A stretch of 32,000 bases of DNA from Methylophaga frappieri (lineage in GTDB: Bacteria; Pseudomonadota; Gammaproteobacteria; Nitrosococcales; Methylophagaceae). Position numbers and translations under genes: made by a program. Position 1 is the first letter of the stretch. Each line of letters starts with the position of its first letter. The stretch lies in NCBI RefSeq assembly GCF_000260965.1, contig NC_017856.1, positions 960,001-992,000 of the forward strand, read 5' to 3'. Positions 15,236 to 24,074 of this stretch are shown one piece after another. Under the pieces are notes generated by a model. It did no database searches and was not told the origin of the DNA. It saw nothing but the letters and a program-made list of their open reading frames with translations.

Positions 15236-15529
15236 CTACGGCGTATCCGACTCCTTCAGCACGGCCTCAAGCTCCTGGCGCACGCGCGCCAGCAGCTCGT
15301 CGGCCTGGTGCGCGCTGTCGCCGACGTAGGCCAGCGTCAGCAGCGTGAGCGGATGCACGTCCATGACCTCGCACAGCTCGGCCAGCTTGTGGATGGTCGG
15401 GCTTTTCAGGTCGCGTTCCAGCGAACTCATGTAGGTGCGGCTGGACACGTCAGAGAACGCTTCCTGGCTCAAGCCACGCGCTTTCCTGACCGTCCGTATC
15501 GCCGCTGCCAATGAGTTCTTCGCTGCCAC
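15236..15529 (-). CDS. XRE-family helix-turn-helix transcriptional regulator
   Basis: 97 aa. IRTVRKARGLSQEAFSDVSSRTYMSSLERDLKSPTIHKLAELCEVMDVHPLTLL is an HTH_3/Cro-C1 pattern. Divergent from the DUF2958 gene. Confidence 0.9.
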   Translation of the reverse strand: MAAKNSLAAAIRTVRKARGLSQEAFSDVSSRTYMSSLERDLKSPTIHKLAELCEVMDVHPLTLLTLAYVGDSAHQADELLARVRQELEAVLKESDTP

Positions 15530-15793
15530 CTATGGTTTCCCCCCAAAAACCAAGATGACAGCCCATTGCGCTCTATAGGGCTACAATCTATAGTGTTCAT
15601 TTTGTGCTACTGCTTTCCTCTTTCGTGCCTTTACGGAAATCCGTATCTGCGGATTTCTTCAAACCCAGGGAACCGCATCCGTGTCTTTCCTGACTTCCGG
15701 CAATGCGCTTTCGTGCCTCTACGCTTCTATGGATTCGTGCGCAAGCACAGAGGCGCTTCGGCGGTTCCGTGCATTCGTGGAAGGCACGCGGCC

Positions 15794-16141
15794 GTGATCC
15801 CGCTTGCGACCGAGGAAGAACGGACGCGGCTGCTGGCCCACGGCCAAGCCCGCGCCGCCGGGCAGGATATCGACCCGTTGCCGGCCGTGCGGCTGTTCAC
15901 CCCGGACGCGCATGCAACATGGCTGCTGGCCTCGCTCGATCCTGCCGATGGCGATACGGCCTACGGCCTGATCGACTTGGGGATCGGAATGCCCGCTCTG
16001 GGCACGGTGAGGCTGTCCGATCTCGCGTCCATCGTCGGCCCGCGTCAGCGGCCGGTGATGCGCGATCGCTACTTTCAGCCGACGCGGAGGCTGTCGGAGT
16101 ATGTCCGGCTGGCGCAGGAAGACGGTTCGATCCCGGACTGA
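15794..16141 (+). CDS. DUF2958-domain protein
   Basis: C-terminal part of listed ORF 15566..16141. IPLATEEERTRLLAHG......DPLPAVRLFTPDAHATWLLASLDPADGDTAYGLIDLGIGMPALGTVRLSDL matches my memory of DUF2958. Start placed at the GTG at 15794 (ggaagg upstream); the start is uncertain. Confidence 0.75.
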   Translation: MIPLATEEERTRLLAHGQARAAGQDIDPLPAVRLFTPDAHATWLLASLDPADGDTAYGLIDLGIGMPALGTVRLSDLASIVGPRQRPVMRDRYFQPTRRLSEYVRLAQEDGSIPD

Positions 16142-16487
16142 TACCGGCCAGCGCAGCAGGGCCAAACGGGACGCATTGTGACTATTTCAGTCTTGTTCAA
16201 GACCGGACAAGTCTGAATCCGCACGCTTGCGCCGAAGCGGTGCGATCCAGATGCAAACAGTCATGATGCCGGGCGCTGGATGCGGCACGTTGCTCAATGC
16301 TGCGCACCATTTTTACGGCGGCGCAGCCGTCGCATTCAGACGATTTCAGCAATGCTCCGGAGCGAATCTGTCTTGACACCAGCAGTTACAGCTTACCTTG
16401 ATTCGATGACGACTTGATGGCGTTTCGATAGCTCCCGCACGGCGGAATCCGTAGCGACGTTCCTGCTGATCGACAGGAGGTTGCGTT

Positions 16488-17255
16488 ATGGCTGATCTGA
16501 ACGCCGAGCATTGGTATCCAACCGCCGCGTATCTCTACACGCTGCACCTCGACGGCCCCGCGCTGGCCTGGGAATACCTGCGTAGAAACCCCGATTACCG
16601 GCTCGACTGGTTGCGCCGTCGCCGCCGACCGGATACGGCGCATCGATGGGGCTTGCGCCTGCTGGAAGACCCGGCCCTGGATGCGCGCGATGCGCATCCA
16701 GCCTGGTTCCCCGATCACGATGGCGTGATCCAGCTCTATCCAGACGACGACCCGCCGCCGGATGCCGACGCCTTCGAGTTCTGGCGCGTGCCTGGCCGCA
16801 AGCAACTGATCCACGACGGCAAGCGCCTGGTGCTGGTGTCGCACTGGCCGGGTTGCTGCGTGCGGCTGGCACTCGCGCCCGGCCTGGAAGACGGCATGGC
16901 CTACCTCTACGCCACCCGCGCCTGCGCCACGCCCTGCACGCGCTATCGCACGCTCGCGGCCGAACTGGATGCGCTGTCCGCCGCGACCGTGGCCACGCCT
17001 GCGGCGGCGGCTCGATCCCGGCCCACGCCCGCCGCGGTGCTGGAACTGCACACCTTGCAGGCGCTCGACGCGACCCTCTCGGGCGCGTCCTTGCGCGAGG
17101 TGGCCGAAGGGCTGTTCGGCGCGGATGCCGTCGCAGCCGACTGGCACAAAGACAGCGCCTTGCGTGCTCGCGTGCGGCGGCTGGTGCGCCGTGGCGATGC
17201 GCTGATGCGCGGCGGCTACCGCCGCCTGGCACAGCTTCCGCCACCGTTGCACTAG
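16488..17255 (+). CDS. DUF6499/DUF2285-domain transcriptional activator (FseA-like)
   Basis: 255 aa. WYPTAAYLYTLHLDGPALAWEYLRRNPDYRLDW (N-terminal) and a C-terminal RARVRRLVRRGDALMRGGYRRL tail. aggagg precedes the ATG. Sits upstream of the RdfS-like HTH gene. Confidence 0.8.
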   Translation: MADLNAEHWYPTAAYLYTLHLDGPALAWEYLRRNPDYRLDWLRRRRRPDTAHRWGLRLLEDPALDARDAHPAWFPDHDGVIQLYPDDDPPPDADAFEFWRVPGRKQLIHDGKRLVLVSHWPGCCVRLALAPGLEDGMAYLYATRACATPCTRYRTLAAELDALSAATVATPAAAARSRPTPAAVLELHTLQALDATLSGASLREVAEGLFGADAVAADWHKDSALRARVRRLVRRGDALMRGGYRRLAQLPPPLH

Positions 17256-17366
17256 GGGGGACGTTTCGCGTCCCTTGAAGAACGTCCCTTAGCAAGAAGC
17301 CTTGCTTTCTTGAAAGTGCCTCTATCCGGCCGCGTGGTGTGGCCGGGCTTGATGGAGGTACACCCC

Positions 17367-17651
17367 ATGCGACCCGCTCCCTTGCGGCCTGCCGCCGCTG
17401 CTGTCGCTGCGCCCGCGCAGCCCCAACGCTACCTGACCAACGACGAAGCCGCCGAATACCTGCGGCTGTCGCCGCGCACGCTGGAGAAACAGCGCGTGAT
17501 CGGCGGAGGGCCGAAGTTCCGCAAGTTCGGCCGCCGCGTCATGTACGCGGTAAGCGACCTCGATGCCTGGGCCGACCAGCGCAGCTACGAGGCGACTTCC
17601 GACCCGGAATATGCCCAACGCCACGCGGGTGACTACCGTGATGGCCGCTGA
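17367..17651 (+). CDS. helix-turn-helix (AlpA/MerR-like, excisionase/RdfS-like) DNA-binding protein
   Basis: YLTNDEAAEYLRLSPRTLEKQRVIGGGPKFRKFGRRVMYAVSDLDAWA is an HTH_17-type pattern. The ATG at 17367 lies 8 nt after ggagg. Confidence 0.8.
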   Translation: MRPAPLRPAAAAVAAPAQPQRYLTNDEAAEYLRLSPRTLEKQRVIGGGPKFRKFGRRVMYAVSDLDAWADQRSYEATSDPEYAQRHAGDYRDGR

Positions 17652-17677
17652 ACGCCGGTGCGTGGGTGGCCTTTGCC

Positions 17678-18523
17678 ATGTCCAGCCCGCCAGGGCAAGC
17701 CTTGCAGCAGCGCGAACAGCTCGACCTGTTCCGGGCGCTGCCGGGCGACATGGCACCACGCGACAGCCAGGACTTGATGGCCTTTCCGTTCTTCTCGCTG
17801 GCGAAGTCGCGGCGCACCGCGCCGATCGACTTTCGCGCAGGCGGCATCACCATCCGCGTGGAGGGCACGCAGGAGCACGGCATCGCAACGATATGGGATG
17901 CCGACGTGCTGATATGGGCCGCTTCGCAGATCGCGGAGGCGCGCGACGCGGGCATCCGCCCGTCGCGCTGGATACGCGCCACGCCCTACGAAATCCTGCG
18001 CTTCATCGGGCGCGGCACATCGCTCAACGACTACCAGCGCCTGAAAGCCGCGCTGGATCGCTTGCAATCGACCACGGTGGCCACGTCCATCCGCGAAACC
18101 ACGGGAAGGCGCTTGCATCGCTTCTCGTGGATCAACGAGTGGAAGGAACTGGCCGACGCCAGCGGCGTGCCGCTGGGCATCGAGCTGATCTTGCCCGATT
18201 GGTTCTATGCGGGCGTGCTCGATGCCGCCTTGGTGCTGACCATCGACCCGGCCTATTTCCGCTTGAAGGGCGGCATCGAACGCTGGCTGTATCGCCTGGT
18301 GCGCAAGCACGGCGGACGGCAGGAACACGGCTGGCAATTCGATTTCCGGCACCTCTACCGCAAATCGGGCAGCGCGGCGCGCTTCTCCGATTTTGCCTAC
18401 GACTTGCGCGCCCTGGTGGCGCGGCAGTCGCTGCCCGGCTACGTCCTGGACATCGAGCGGATGCCGGACGATGGAACGGAACTGCTGACCTTCCGGCCAG
18501 TGCTGCATACGGCACGGGGATAA
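17678..18523 (+). CDS. repA: replication initiator protein A (RepA, RPA family)
   Basis: LDLFRALPGDMAPRDSQDLMAFPFFSLAKSRRTAPIDFRAGGITIRVEG..EHGIATIWDADVLIWAASQI is the characteristic RPA-family N-terminus. Iterons lie directly downstream. Confidence 0.9.
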   Translation: MSSPPGQALQQREQLDLFRALPGDMAPRDSQDLMAFPFFSLAKSRRTAPIDFRAGGITIRVEGTQEHGIATIWDADVLIWAASQIAEARDAGIRPSRWIRATPYEILRFIGRGTSLNDYQRLKAALDRLQSTTVATSIRETTGRRLHRFSWINEWKELADASGVPLGIELILPDWFYAGVLDAALVLTIDPAYFRLKGGIERWLYRLVRKHGGRQEHGWQFDFRHLYRKSGSAARFSDFAYDLRALVARQSLPGYVLDIERMPDDGTELLTFRPVLHTARG

Positions 18524-18547
18524 CTCGGGGAAAACTTGTGGACGGCC

Positions 18548-18612
18548 TCGTGCTATCAGGAGTACCGGGTATCGTGCTATCAGGAGTACGCCTATCGTGC
18601 TATCAGGAGTAC
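18548..18612 (+). repeat. three direct 18-bp iterons (tcgtgctatcaggagtac)
   Basis: Perfect copies at 18548-18565, 18572-18589 and 18595-18612 (periods 24 and 23 bp), between repA and parA. Confidence 0.9.
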
Positions 18613-18764
18613 GAAAACGCCGTAAAGCCAATAACGGCGCGGGTTTGCGCCCCCTCTAACTTACCTAACAAGAAATACATAACTTTTAGTAGAAGCGCGC
18701 CGTTTCGGTGGAAAACCACCCAGCGGCACGGCCAGGCCGGCTTTCCGGCAGGGAGGGCCGCGCC

Positions 18765-19403
18765 ATGATCGTCGCGCTTCTCAATCAGAAAGGCGGCGTA
18801 GGCAAGACCACGCTCGCCACGCACATCGCCGGCGAGCTGGCGATGCGCGGCCAGCACGTCGTGCTGCTGGATGCCGACCCGCAGGGTTCCTCACTGGACT
18901 GGACGCAGCGCAGAAGCCAGCAAGGCTTGCCACGGCTGTTCAGCGCCGTGGGCCTCGCACGCGAAACGCTGCACCAAGAGGCACCAGAACTCGCCAGGCG
19001 AGCAGATCACGTCGTCATCGACGGCCCGCCGCGCATCGCCGCCTTGGCGCGCTCCGCGCTGCTGGCGGCCGAGCGCGTGCTGATCCCGGTGCAGCCGAGT
19101 CCCTACGACCTGTGGGCCAGCGCCGAGATGGTGGCGCTGATCCGCGAGGCGCAGGTGTTCCGGCCTGCGCTGCGCGCGGCCTTCATCATCAATCGGCGTG
19201 TCAGTACCACCGTGATCGGGCGCGAAGCGCGCCAGGCGCTTGCCGACCAGCCGCTTCCTGCGCTGCGCGCGGAAGTGCATCAGCGCGTCGTGTTCGCCGA
19301 CAGCGTGGCCGCTGGTCGGCTTGCACGCGAGACGGCGCCGGACAGCGCGGCCGCGCGTGAAATCACCGCGCTGGTCGATGAACTGCTGCGGTGGCCGTCA
19401 TGA
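18765..19403 (+). CDS. parA: ParA-family partition ATPase
   Basis: MIVALLNQKGGVGKTTLATHIAGEL...VVLLDADPQGS is the deviant Walker A. gggaggg precedes the ATG at 18765. Confidence 0.95.
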   Translation: MIVALLNQKGGVGKTTLATHIAGELAMRGQHVVLLDADPQGSSLDWTQRRSQQGLPRLFSAVGLARETLHQEAPELARRADHVVIDGPPRIAALARSALLAAERVLIPVQPSPYDLWASAEMVALIREAQVFRPALRAAFIINRRVSTTVIGREARQALADQPLPALRAEVHQRVVFADSVAAGRLARETAPDSAAAREITALVDELLRWPS

Positions 19404-19672
19404 CAGCGAAGCCGCCACCACGCGCCAAGCGTGTCGGCATCGGCGCGCGTCCGCCCGCGAATCCACACGCCGAGGCGTGGATTCGCCAAGGTGATGCCGA
19501 TGCGCTGGGCAAGGGCGACCTCTACACGGCTCGCCTCACTCTCGACATCACGCCCGCCATGCGGGCGCGCATCAAGGTGTCGGCCTTCACGCAAGGCGTG
19601 ACCGTGGCCGACCTGCTGCGCGGCCTGCTGGAGCGCGAGTTTCCAGAGAGCCGCAGGGAGAGCACCCCATGA
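19400..19672 (+). CDS. ribbon-helix-helix (ParG/CopG-like) partition or regulatory protein
   Basis: The ATG at 19400 overlaps the parA stop (ATGA). The C-terminal RLTLDITPAMRARIKVSAFTQGVTVADLLRGLLEREF is an RHH pattern. Confidence 0.7.
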   Translation: MTAKPPPRAKRVGIGARPPANPHAEAWIRQGDADALGKGDLYTARLTLDITPAMRARIKVSAFTQGVTVADLLRGLLEREFPESRRESTP

Positions 19673-20202
19673 ACATATCCGCTTCGCCGGCCGCTGGCGC
19701 GGCCACGGCTGCGCTCACAGCACCTACCGGCCAGCCAGCCAGCGCGCCGCTGACGCGCGTGGCGCTGGCCTACATCGACCAGCATTTCGACCTCTATCTG
19801 CGCTTCGGTGAGCCTGCGCGCATCGTCCGGCTCGACCGCTGGCGGCGCAGCGCCGTGTTCCTGCCGAACGCGGTTCTGTGCCGTGTCCGTTGGCAAGCCA
19901 ACGACTACGGCACGATCCGCTGGCAGCTCATGGTGATGCAGGCTTGCACGCCGCTGGACGCGGCGCAGCGCATCCCCGGCGTGCGGCCGGGCGCGCGCCT
20001 GCTGCTGCACGCCGAAGGCGAGAACCAGGTGCGCGCCGTGCTGGAACGCATCGACGCCATCGAGGCGCTGGGCATCGCGCCCGTCGCCGTCTCGCCCGCG
20101 TACTGGCGCACGCTCGCCAACCGGCTCGCCGCGCGCCTGCCGCTGCCCGAATACACCGCCGAGCGGCACGCCGCCTGGCTGACCGGGAGGGCACAGCCAT
20201 GA
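19669..20202 (+). CDS. DUF2840-domain protein
   Basis: 177 aa. ATGA overlaps at both ends. Its position between parA/RHH and traF is as recalled for Tn4371-type ICEs. The family assignment is from memory of the sequence pattern. Confidence 0.7.
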   Translation: MNISASPAAGAATAALTAPTGQPASAPLTRVALAYIDQHFDLYLRFGEPARIVRLDRWRRSAVFLPNAVLCRVRWQANDYGTIRWQLMVMQACTPLDAAQRIPGVRPGARLLLHAEGENQVRAVLERIDAIEALGIAPVAVSPAYWRTLANRLAARLPLPEYTAERHAAWLTGRAQP

Positions 20203-20795
20203 CCACCGTTTCTACTGTCGCCGCCGCGCCGCGTCCTCGCTCGCCCCGCGCACGTTTGCGCGCTCGCCTCGTACTGGCGAGCCTGTCCGCCTGCAGCCTC
20301 GCTGCGCTGGCCTGGGCGTCCTTCGTGCAGCCGCTGCCGCGCCTGATCTACAACCCGTCAGATAGCGTGGCGGTTGGCTGGTATCGCGTCGATCCGTTCG
20401 ACCCACGCGCCGCCTCGCTGCCACGTCCGCCGTCCGTAGACAGCATCGTGCTGGTGCCGCTGCCCGCCAGGGCCGCCGCGCTGGCTGCGCAGCGCGGCTA
20501 CCTGCCGACGCGCGTTCAGCTGCTCAAACGTGTGGGCGCGGTCGCGCCGCAACACGTTTGCATCGTCGCCGGTCAGGTACGCATCGACGGCGTGCCGGTG
20601 GCCGCCGCGTTGCCTGCCGACCGGCTGGGCCGGCCGCTGCCGTCCTTGCAGCTTTGCCGACGCCTCGACCCGGGCGAGCTGCTCCTGTTGAGCGTGACGA
20701 ATCCGGCATCGTTCGACAGCCGGTATTTCGGGCCGGTCAGCGCATCCGCCGTGATCGGCGTCGCGCATCCGGTCTGGCTGGAGGCTCGCCCATGA
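20199..20795 (+). CDS. traF: S26-family signal peptidase, conjugative TraF
   Basis: The N-terminal TM segment (LVLASLSACSLAALAWA) is followed by LIYNPSDSVAVGWYRV (catalytic Ser context) and ...LLLLSVTNPASFDSRYFGPV. ATGA-coupled on both sides. Confidence 0.85.
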   Translation: MTTVSTVAAAPRPRSPRARLRARLVLASLSACSLAALAWASFVQPLPRLIYNPSDSVAVGWYRVDPFDPRAASLPRPPSVDSIVLVPLPARAAALAAQRGYLPTRVQLLKRVGAVAPQHVCIVAGQVRIDGVPVAAALPADRLGRPLPSLQLCRRLDPGELLLLSVTNPASFDSRYFGPVSASAVIGVAHPVWLEARP

Positions 20796-21235
20796 TGGCC
20801 GCCGACTCGCTGTACGTTGCCGTGCATCTTGTCGTGCCATCGGGCATGCCGATCCAGTGGCTTTCCGCGTGTCGTCGCGCGTGCAGTGCGAGCGCATCCG
20901 CGCTGCACTTCGCGCTGCCTTCCCATGTGCAGGCGTCTTGCCTCGAACGCGCCCGGCCTGCGGCCGTGTCCGCGTTCGCCGGTGCGCTGGCTGCTTACGC
21001 AGCAGCGCCGCCGGGCCGCCGCTGCCCGGAGCGCCAGCGAGGGGCAAAGGCGGAAGGCAAGACAAAAGGACGCGGCACCAGGCCTCGTCGTAAGCCTGTC
21101 TGCACGTGGGGGTGGCGCGGCACGGAGCAGCTTCGCCGCCGTGCCGCGTGTGCCGCGAGGCCCGCGCCAATGCAGGCATGTCCGCGTGCTTTGCACGACC
21201 GGACACGCCAGAGCTTGCCGGGAGAACGGCGATGA
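20792..21235 (+). CDS. hypothetical protein between traF and the relaxase (uncertain; the region may also hold oriT)
   Basis: 147-aa frame that starts on an ATGA overlap with the traF stop and ends on an ATGA overlap with the relaxase start. G/C third-position bias is good in the first two thirds. The composition is Ala/Arg/Cys-rich and no motif was recognised. Confidence 0.4.
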   Translation: MMAADSLYVAVHLVVPSGMPIQWLSACRRACSASASALHFALPSHVQASCLERARPAAVSAFAGALAAYAAAPPGRRCPERQRGAKAEGKTKGRGTRPRRKPVCTWGWRGTEQLRRRAACAARPAPMQACPRALHDRTRQSLPGERR

Positions 21236-23217
21236 CCGACCGCCGCGACGACGATTTCCGCGTGCGCCCCAGCGCCCCCAAGAACCGGGGCAAGGGCCAG
21301 GGTCAGAGCTTCGTTTCCAAGGTGCTCAAGCAGGCCGGCAAAGCCAGCAGCGGCAAGTCCTCGGTGCGCCGGCCTGGCGCGACGGGTGGCACCGGCCAGC
21401 GGCCCGGCTCGCGCCTGGGGCGCGGCCACACGGCGGCGCGCTTCGCGGGCGCGAAGCTGACGCCCATGTCCCGGCGCGTGACCATCAAGACGCTGCTGGT
21501 GAATCACCAGCGGGCCAGCCCGCAGTCGCTCGCCAAGCACCTGCACTACATCGAGCGCGACGGCGTGGGCCGCGACGGCGAAGCGGGCCAAGCCTACGGG
21601 CCGCAGACCGACGTGGCCGACCTCGACGCCTTCAAGGAACGCTGCGCCGACGACCGGCACCATTTCCGCTTCATCCTCTCGCCCGAGGATGGCGCGGAGC
21701 TGGAAGACCTGCGCACCTACACGCGGCACCTCATGGGCCGCATGGAGGCCGACCTGGGCACTGGCCTCGATTGGGTGGCTGTCAACCACTGGAACACCGA
21801 CAACCCGCACACGCACATCGTCGTGCGCGGGCGTGACGACACCGGCAAAGACCTCATCATCGCGGGCGACTACATCGCCGATGGCTTCCGCCATCGCGCC
21901 GCCGAGCTGGCGACCGAATGGCTGGGGCCGCGCACCGAACTGGAGATCCAGCAGACCTTGCAGCGCGAGGTGGAACAGGAGCGGTGGACCAGCCTGGATC
22001 GCACCTTGCAGCGTGAAGCCGGCGAGGATGGCCGTGTGCAGATCGAACGCTTCAACGAACCCCGGCTGCAACGCCAGCGCCTGCTGCTAATCGGTCGCCT
22101 GCAGCGCTTGCAGCGCCTGGGCCTGGCCGACGAGGTGCAGCCCGGCACTTGGGCCATCCATGCCGATGCCGAGAAGACCTTGCGCGCCCTGGGCGAGCGT
22201 GGCGACATCATCCGCACGATGCAGCGCGCCATGAGCGGACAGCCGCGCGAGCTGACAGTGTTCGAGCCGGGCGAGGATGGCCGCAGCATCATCGGCCGTG
22301 TGGCAGCGAAGGGGCTGGCTGACGAGCTGCACGACCGGGGCTATCTGGTCATCGACGGCACCGACGGCAAGGCCCACTACGTCGCGCTGAATGCCCACGA
22401 CGAGCTGGCGAACTACCCCACGGGCGCGGTGGTGGAAGTGAAGGGATCGGCCGACGTGCGCGCCGCCGACAAGAACATCGCTGCGCTGGCGAGCGATGGC
22501 CTGTACCGCGCCGATCATCACCTAGCCATCGAGCAGGGCCGGGCCAAGCCGGGACGCGACCCGCAGGAAGTCGCCGCCGCCCACGTCCGGCGGCTGGAAG
22601 CCCTGCGCCGGGCCGGCATCGTGGAGCGCGTGGCCGAAGGGCTATGGAAGGTGCCGGACGACCTGGTCGAGCGAGGCCGCCAGTACGACGCACGGCGACT
22701 GGGTGGCGTAGCCGTGGAACTGAAATCGCACCTTCCCATCGAGCGGCAGGCCCGCGTGATCGGAGCGACCTGGCTGGATCAGCAGTTGATCGGCGGTGGC
22801 AAAGGGCTGGGCAACTTGGGCTTTGGTGGCGACGCCAAGCAGGCCATGCAGCAGCGCGCCGACTTCCTTGAAGAACAGGGACTGGCCGAGCGGCGCGGGC
22901 AGCGCGTGATTCTGGCGCGCAACCTGCTGGGCACGCTGCGCAACCGGGAATTGGCGCAGGCCGCCAAGGACATTGCCGCCGAAACGGGCCTGGAGCATCG
23001 GCCCGTAGAGGACGGGCAGCGGGTGGCGGGCATATACCGACGAAGCGTCATGCTGGCGAGTGGGCGCTACGCAATGCTTGATGACGGCGTGAGGTTCAGC
23101 CTAGTGCCGTGGCGGTCAGTGATTGAACAGCGGCTGGGGCAACAGCTTGCCGCAATGGTGCGCGGTGGTAGCGTGTCGTGGGAGATTGGGCGACAACGCG
23201 ACCCGGCTGTCCACTGA
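21232..23217 (+). CDS. conjugative relaxase (VirD2-type relaxase/mobilisation nuclease with a DUF3363-like C-terminal region)
   Basis: 661 aa from the ATG at 21232. KHLHYIERDGV, HHFRFILSPEDG, VAVNHWNTDNPHTHIVVRG (His-rich relaxase motif III). Sits between traF and traG. Confidence 0.9.
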   Translation: MTDRRDDDFRVRPSAPKNRGKGQGQSFVSKVLKQAGKASSGKSSVRRPGATGGTGQRPGSRLGRGHTAARFAGAKLTPMSRRVTIKTLLVNHQRASPQSLAKHLHYIERDGVGRDGEAGQAYGPQTDVADLDAFKERCADDRHHFRFILSPEDGAELEDLRTYTRHLMGRMEADLGTGLDWVAVNHWNTDNPHTHIVVRGRDDTGKDLIIAGDYIADGFRHRAAELATEWLGPRTELEIQQTLQREVEQERWTSLDRTLQREAGEDGRVQIERFNEPRLQRQRLLLIGRLQRLQRLGLADEVQPGTWAIHADAEKTLRALGERGDIIRTMQRAMSGQPRELTVFEPGEDGRSIIGRVAAKGLADELHDRGYLVIDGTDGKAHYVALNAHDELANYPTGAVVEVKGSADVRAADKNIAALASDGLYRADHHLAIEQGRAKPGRDPQEVAAAHVRRLEALRRAGIVERVAEGLWKVPDDLVERGRQYDARRLGGVAVELKSHLPIERQARVIGATWLDQQLIGGGKGLGNLGFGGDAKQAMQQRADFLEEQGLAERRGQRVILARNLLGTLRNRELAQAAKDIAAETGLEHRPVEDGQRVAGIYRRSVMLASGRYAMLDDGVRFSLVPWRSVIEQRLGQQLAAMVRGGSVSWEIGRQRDPAVH

Positions 23218-23271
23218 TGTGGCAAAAACAGAGCAGATGACTCGCGTCAATAAGTGAGCAGTTGCACAATC

Positions 23272-23874
23272 TCAGTCTCTCCCGATCTGTAGTTTCGGCG
23301 GCAATGAAAAGCGGATTCCGGGAAAAAACAAACGAATGGCCTCACGAAGTCGCCCCGCGACAAAGCTGTCCAAGCGACCTTCTCGCGTTGCCAGCCATTG
23401 CAGCGTCGCACCACCGATCAAAGCATGAAAAAGGGAAGCCACGACCTTCGGTTCGTGCGCGGTATCCAAGGGAACCCTTTCTAGTATTGCCTGCTGCACC
23501 TGCACATTGCGCTTCCGCGCAAGTTCTCTCAAGACGGGATCTTGCACCTCATGCCACGCGATTAGCAGATTCACCTCGTACGACTCGCCAGTACCGAGAG
23601 CTTCGGACAGTTCCAGCAAGAATAGCCACAGACCCTGAGCGCCCTCACTGAAGGGAAGCTTCTCCAAGAACTCACGAGTCGTTAGAACGGATCGCTCCAT
23701 GGCGTGACGCAGAAGGGTATCCCTATTCTTGAACCGTTGGATGAGCGCAGCCCGTGAAATACCTACTTCGTTTGCCACGTCGTTCAACGTGAACGCAGAT
23801 GGTCCTAGGCGCTTGAGAACGGCACACGTGGCATCAAGAATGGTTTCATCGCTGTGTAGCTTGGGTCGAGCCAT
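23272..23874 (-). CDS. mphR: TetR-family repressor, MphR(A)-like
   Basis: MARPKLHSDETILDATCAVLKRLGPSAFTLNDVANEVGISRAALIQRFKNRDTLL...GAQGLW..FL....VNLLIAW.E.Q.P.LR.LA.KRN....GATLQW closely parallels MphR(A) as I recall it. Divergent from an Mph-like kinase gene. Confidence 0.85.
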   Translation of the reverse strand: MARPKLHSDETILDATCAVLKRLGPSAFTLNDVANEVGISRAALIQRFKNRDTLLRHAMERSVLTTREFLEKLPFSEGAQGLWLFLLELSEALGTGESYEVNLLIAWHEVQDPVLRELARKRNVQVQQAILERVPLDTAHEPKVVASLFHALIGGATLQWLATREGRLDSFVAGRLREAIRLFFPGIRFSLPPKLQIGRD

Positions 23875-24074
23875 CTATGAACTCCTAAGCTTAATGGCGC
23901 TGCATCTTCATCGCCATATCTTACCTACTCGAATGTTATTTTGAAACGACTCGCATTGATCAGCGAGTCTCAGAGATCCCCCTGGTCGGTTTCAGAGCGC
24001 ACGGCATCTGTGCAACTGATGTGAAAAAGGTGTCGTGAGCGGTACTGCCGCGACGGAAAGGCCCAGACTCCAAC

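Noticed and set aside
16142-16487. Small ORFs between the DUF2958 and DUF2285 genes: 16197-16379(-), 60 aa, and a plus-strand frame of about 38 aa starting near 16263. They were considered as a possible QseM-like antiactivator.
   Set aside because: There is no RBS, codon bias is poor, and no motif is recognisable. This cannot be supported from sequence alone.
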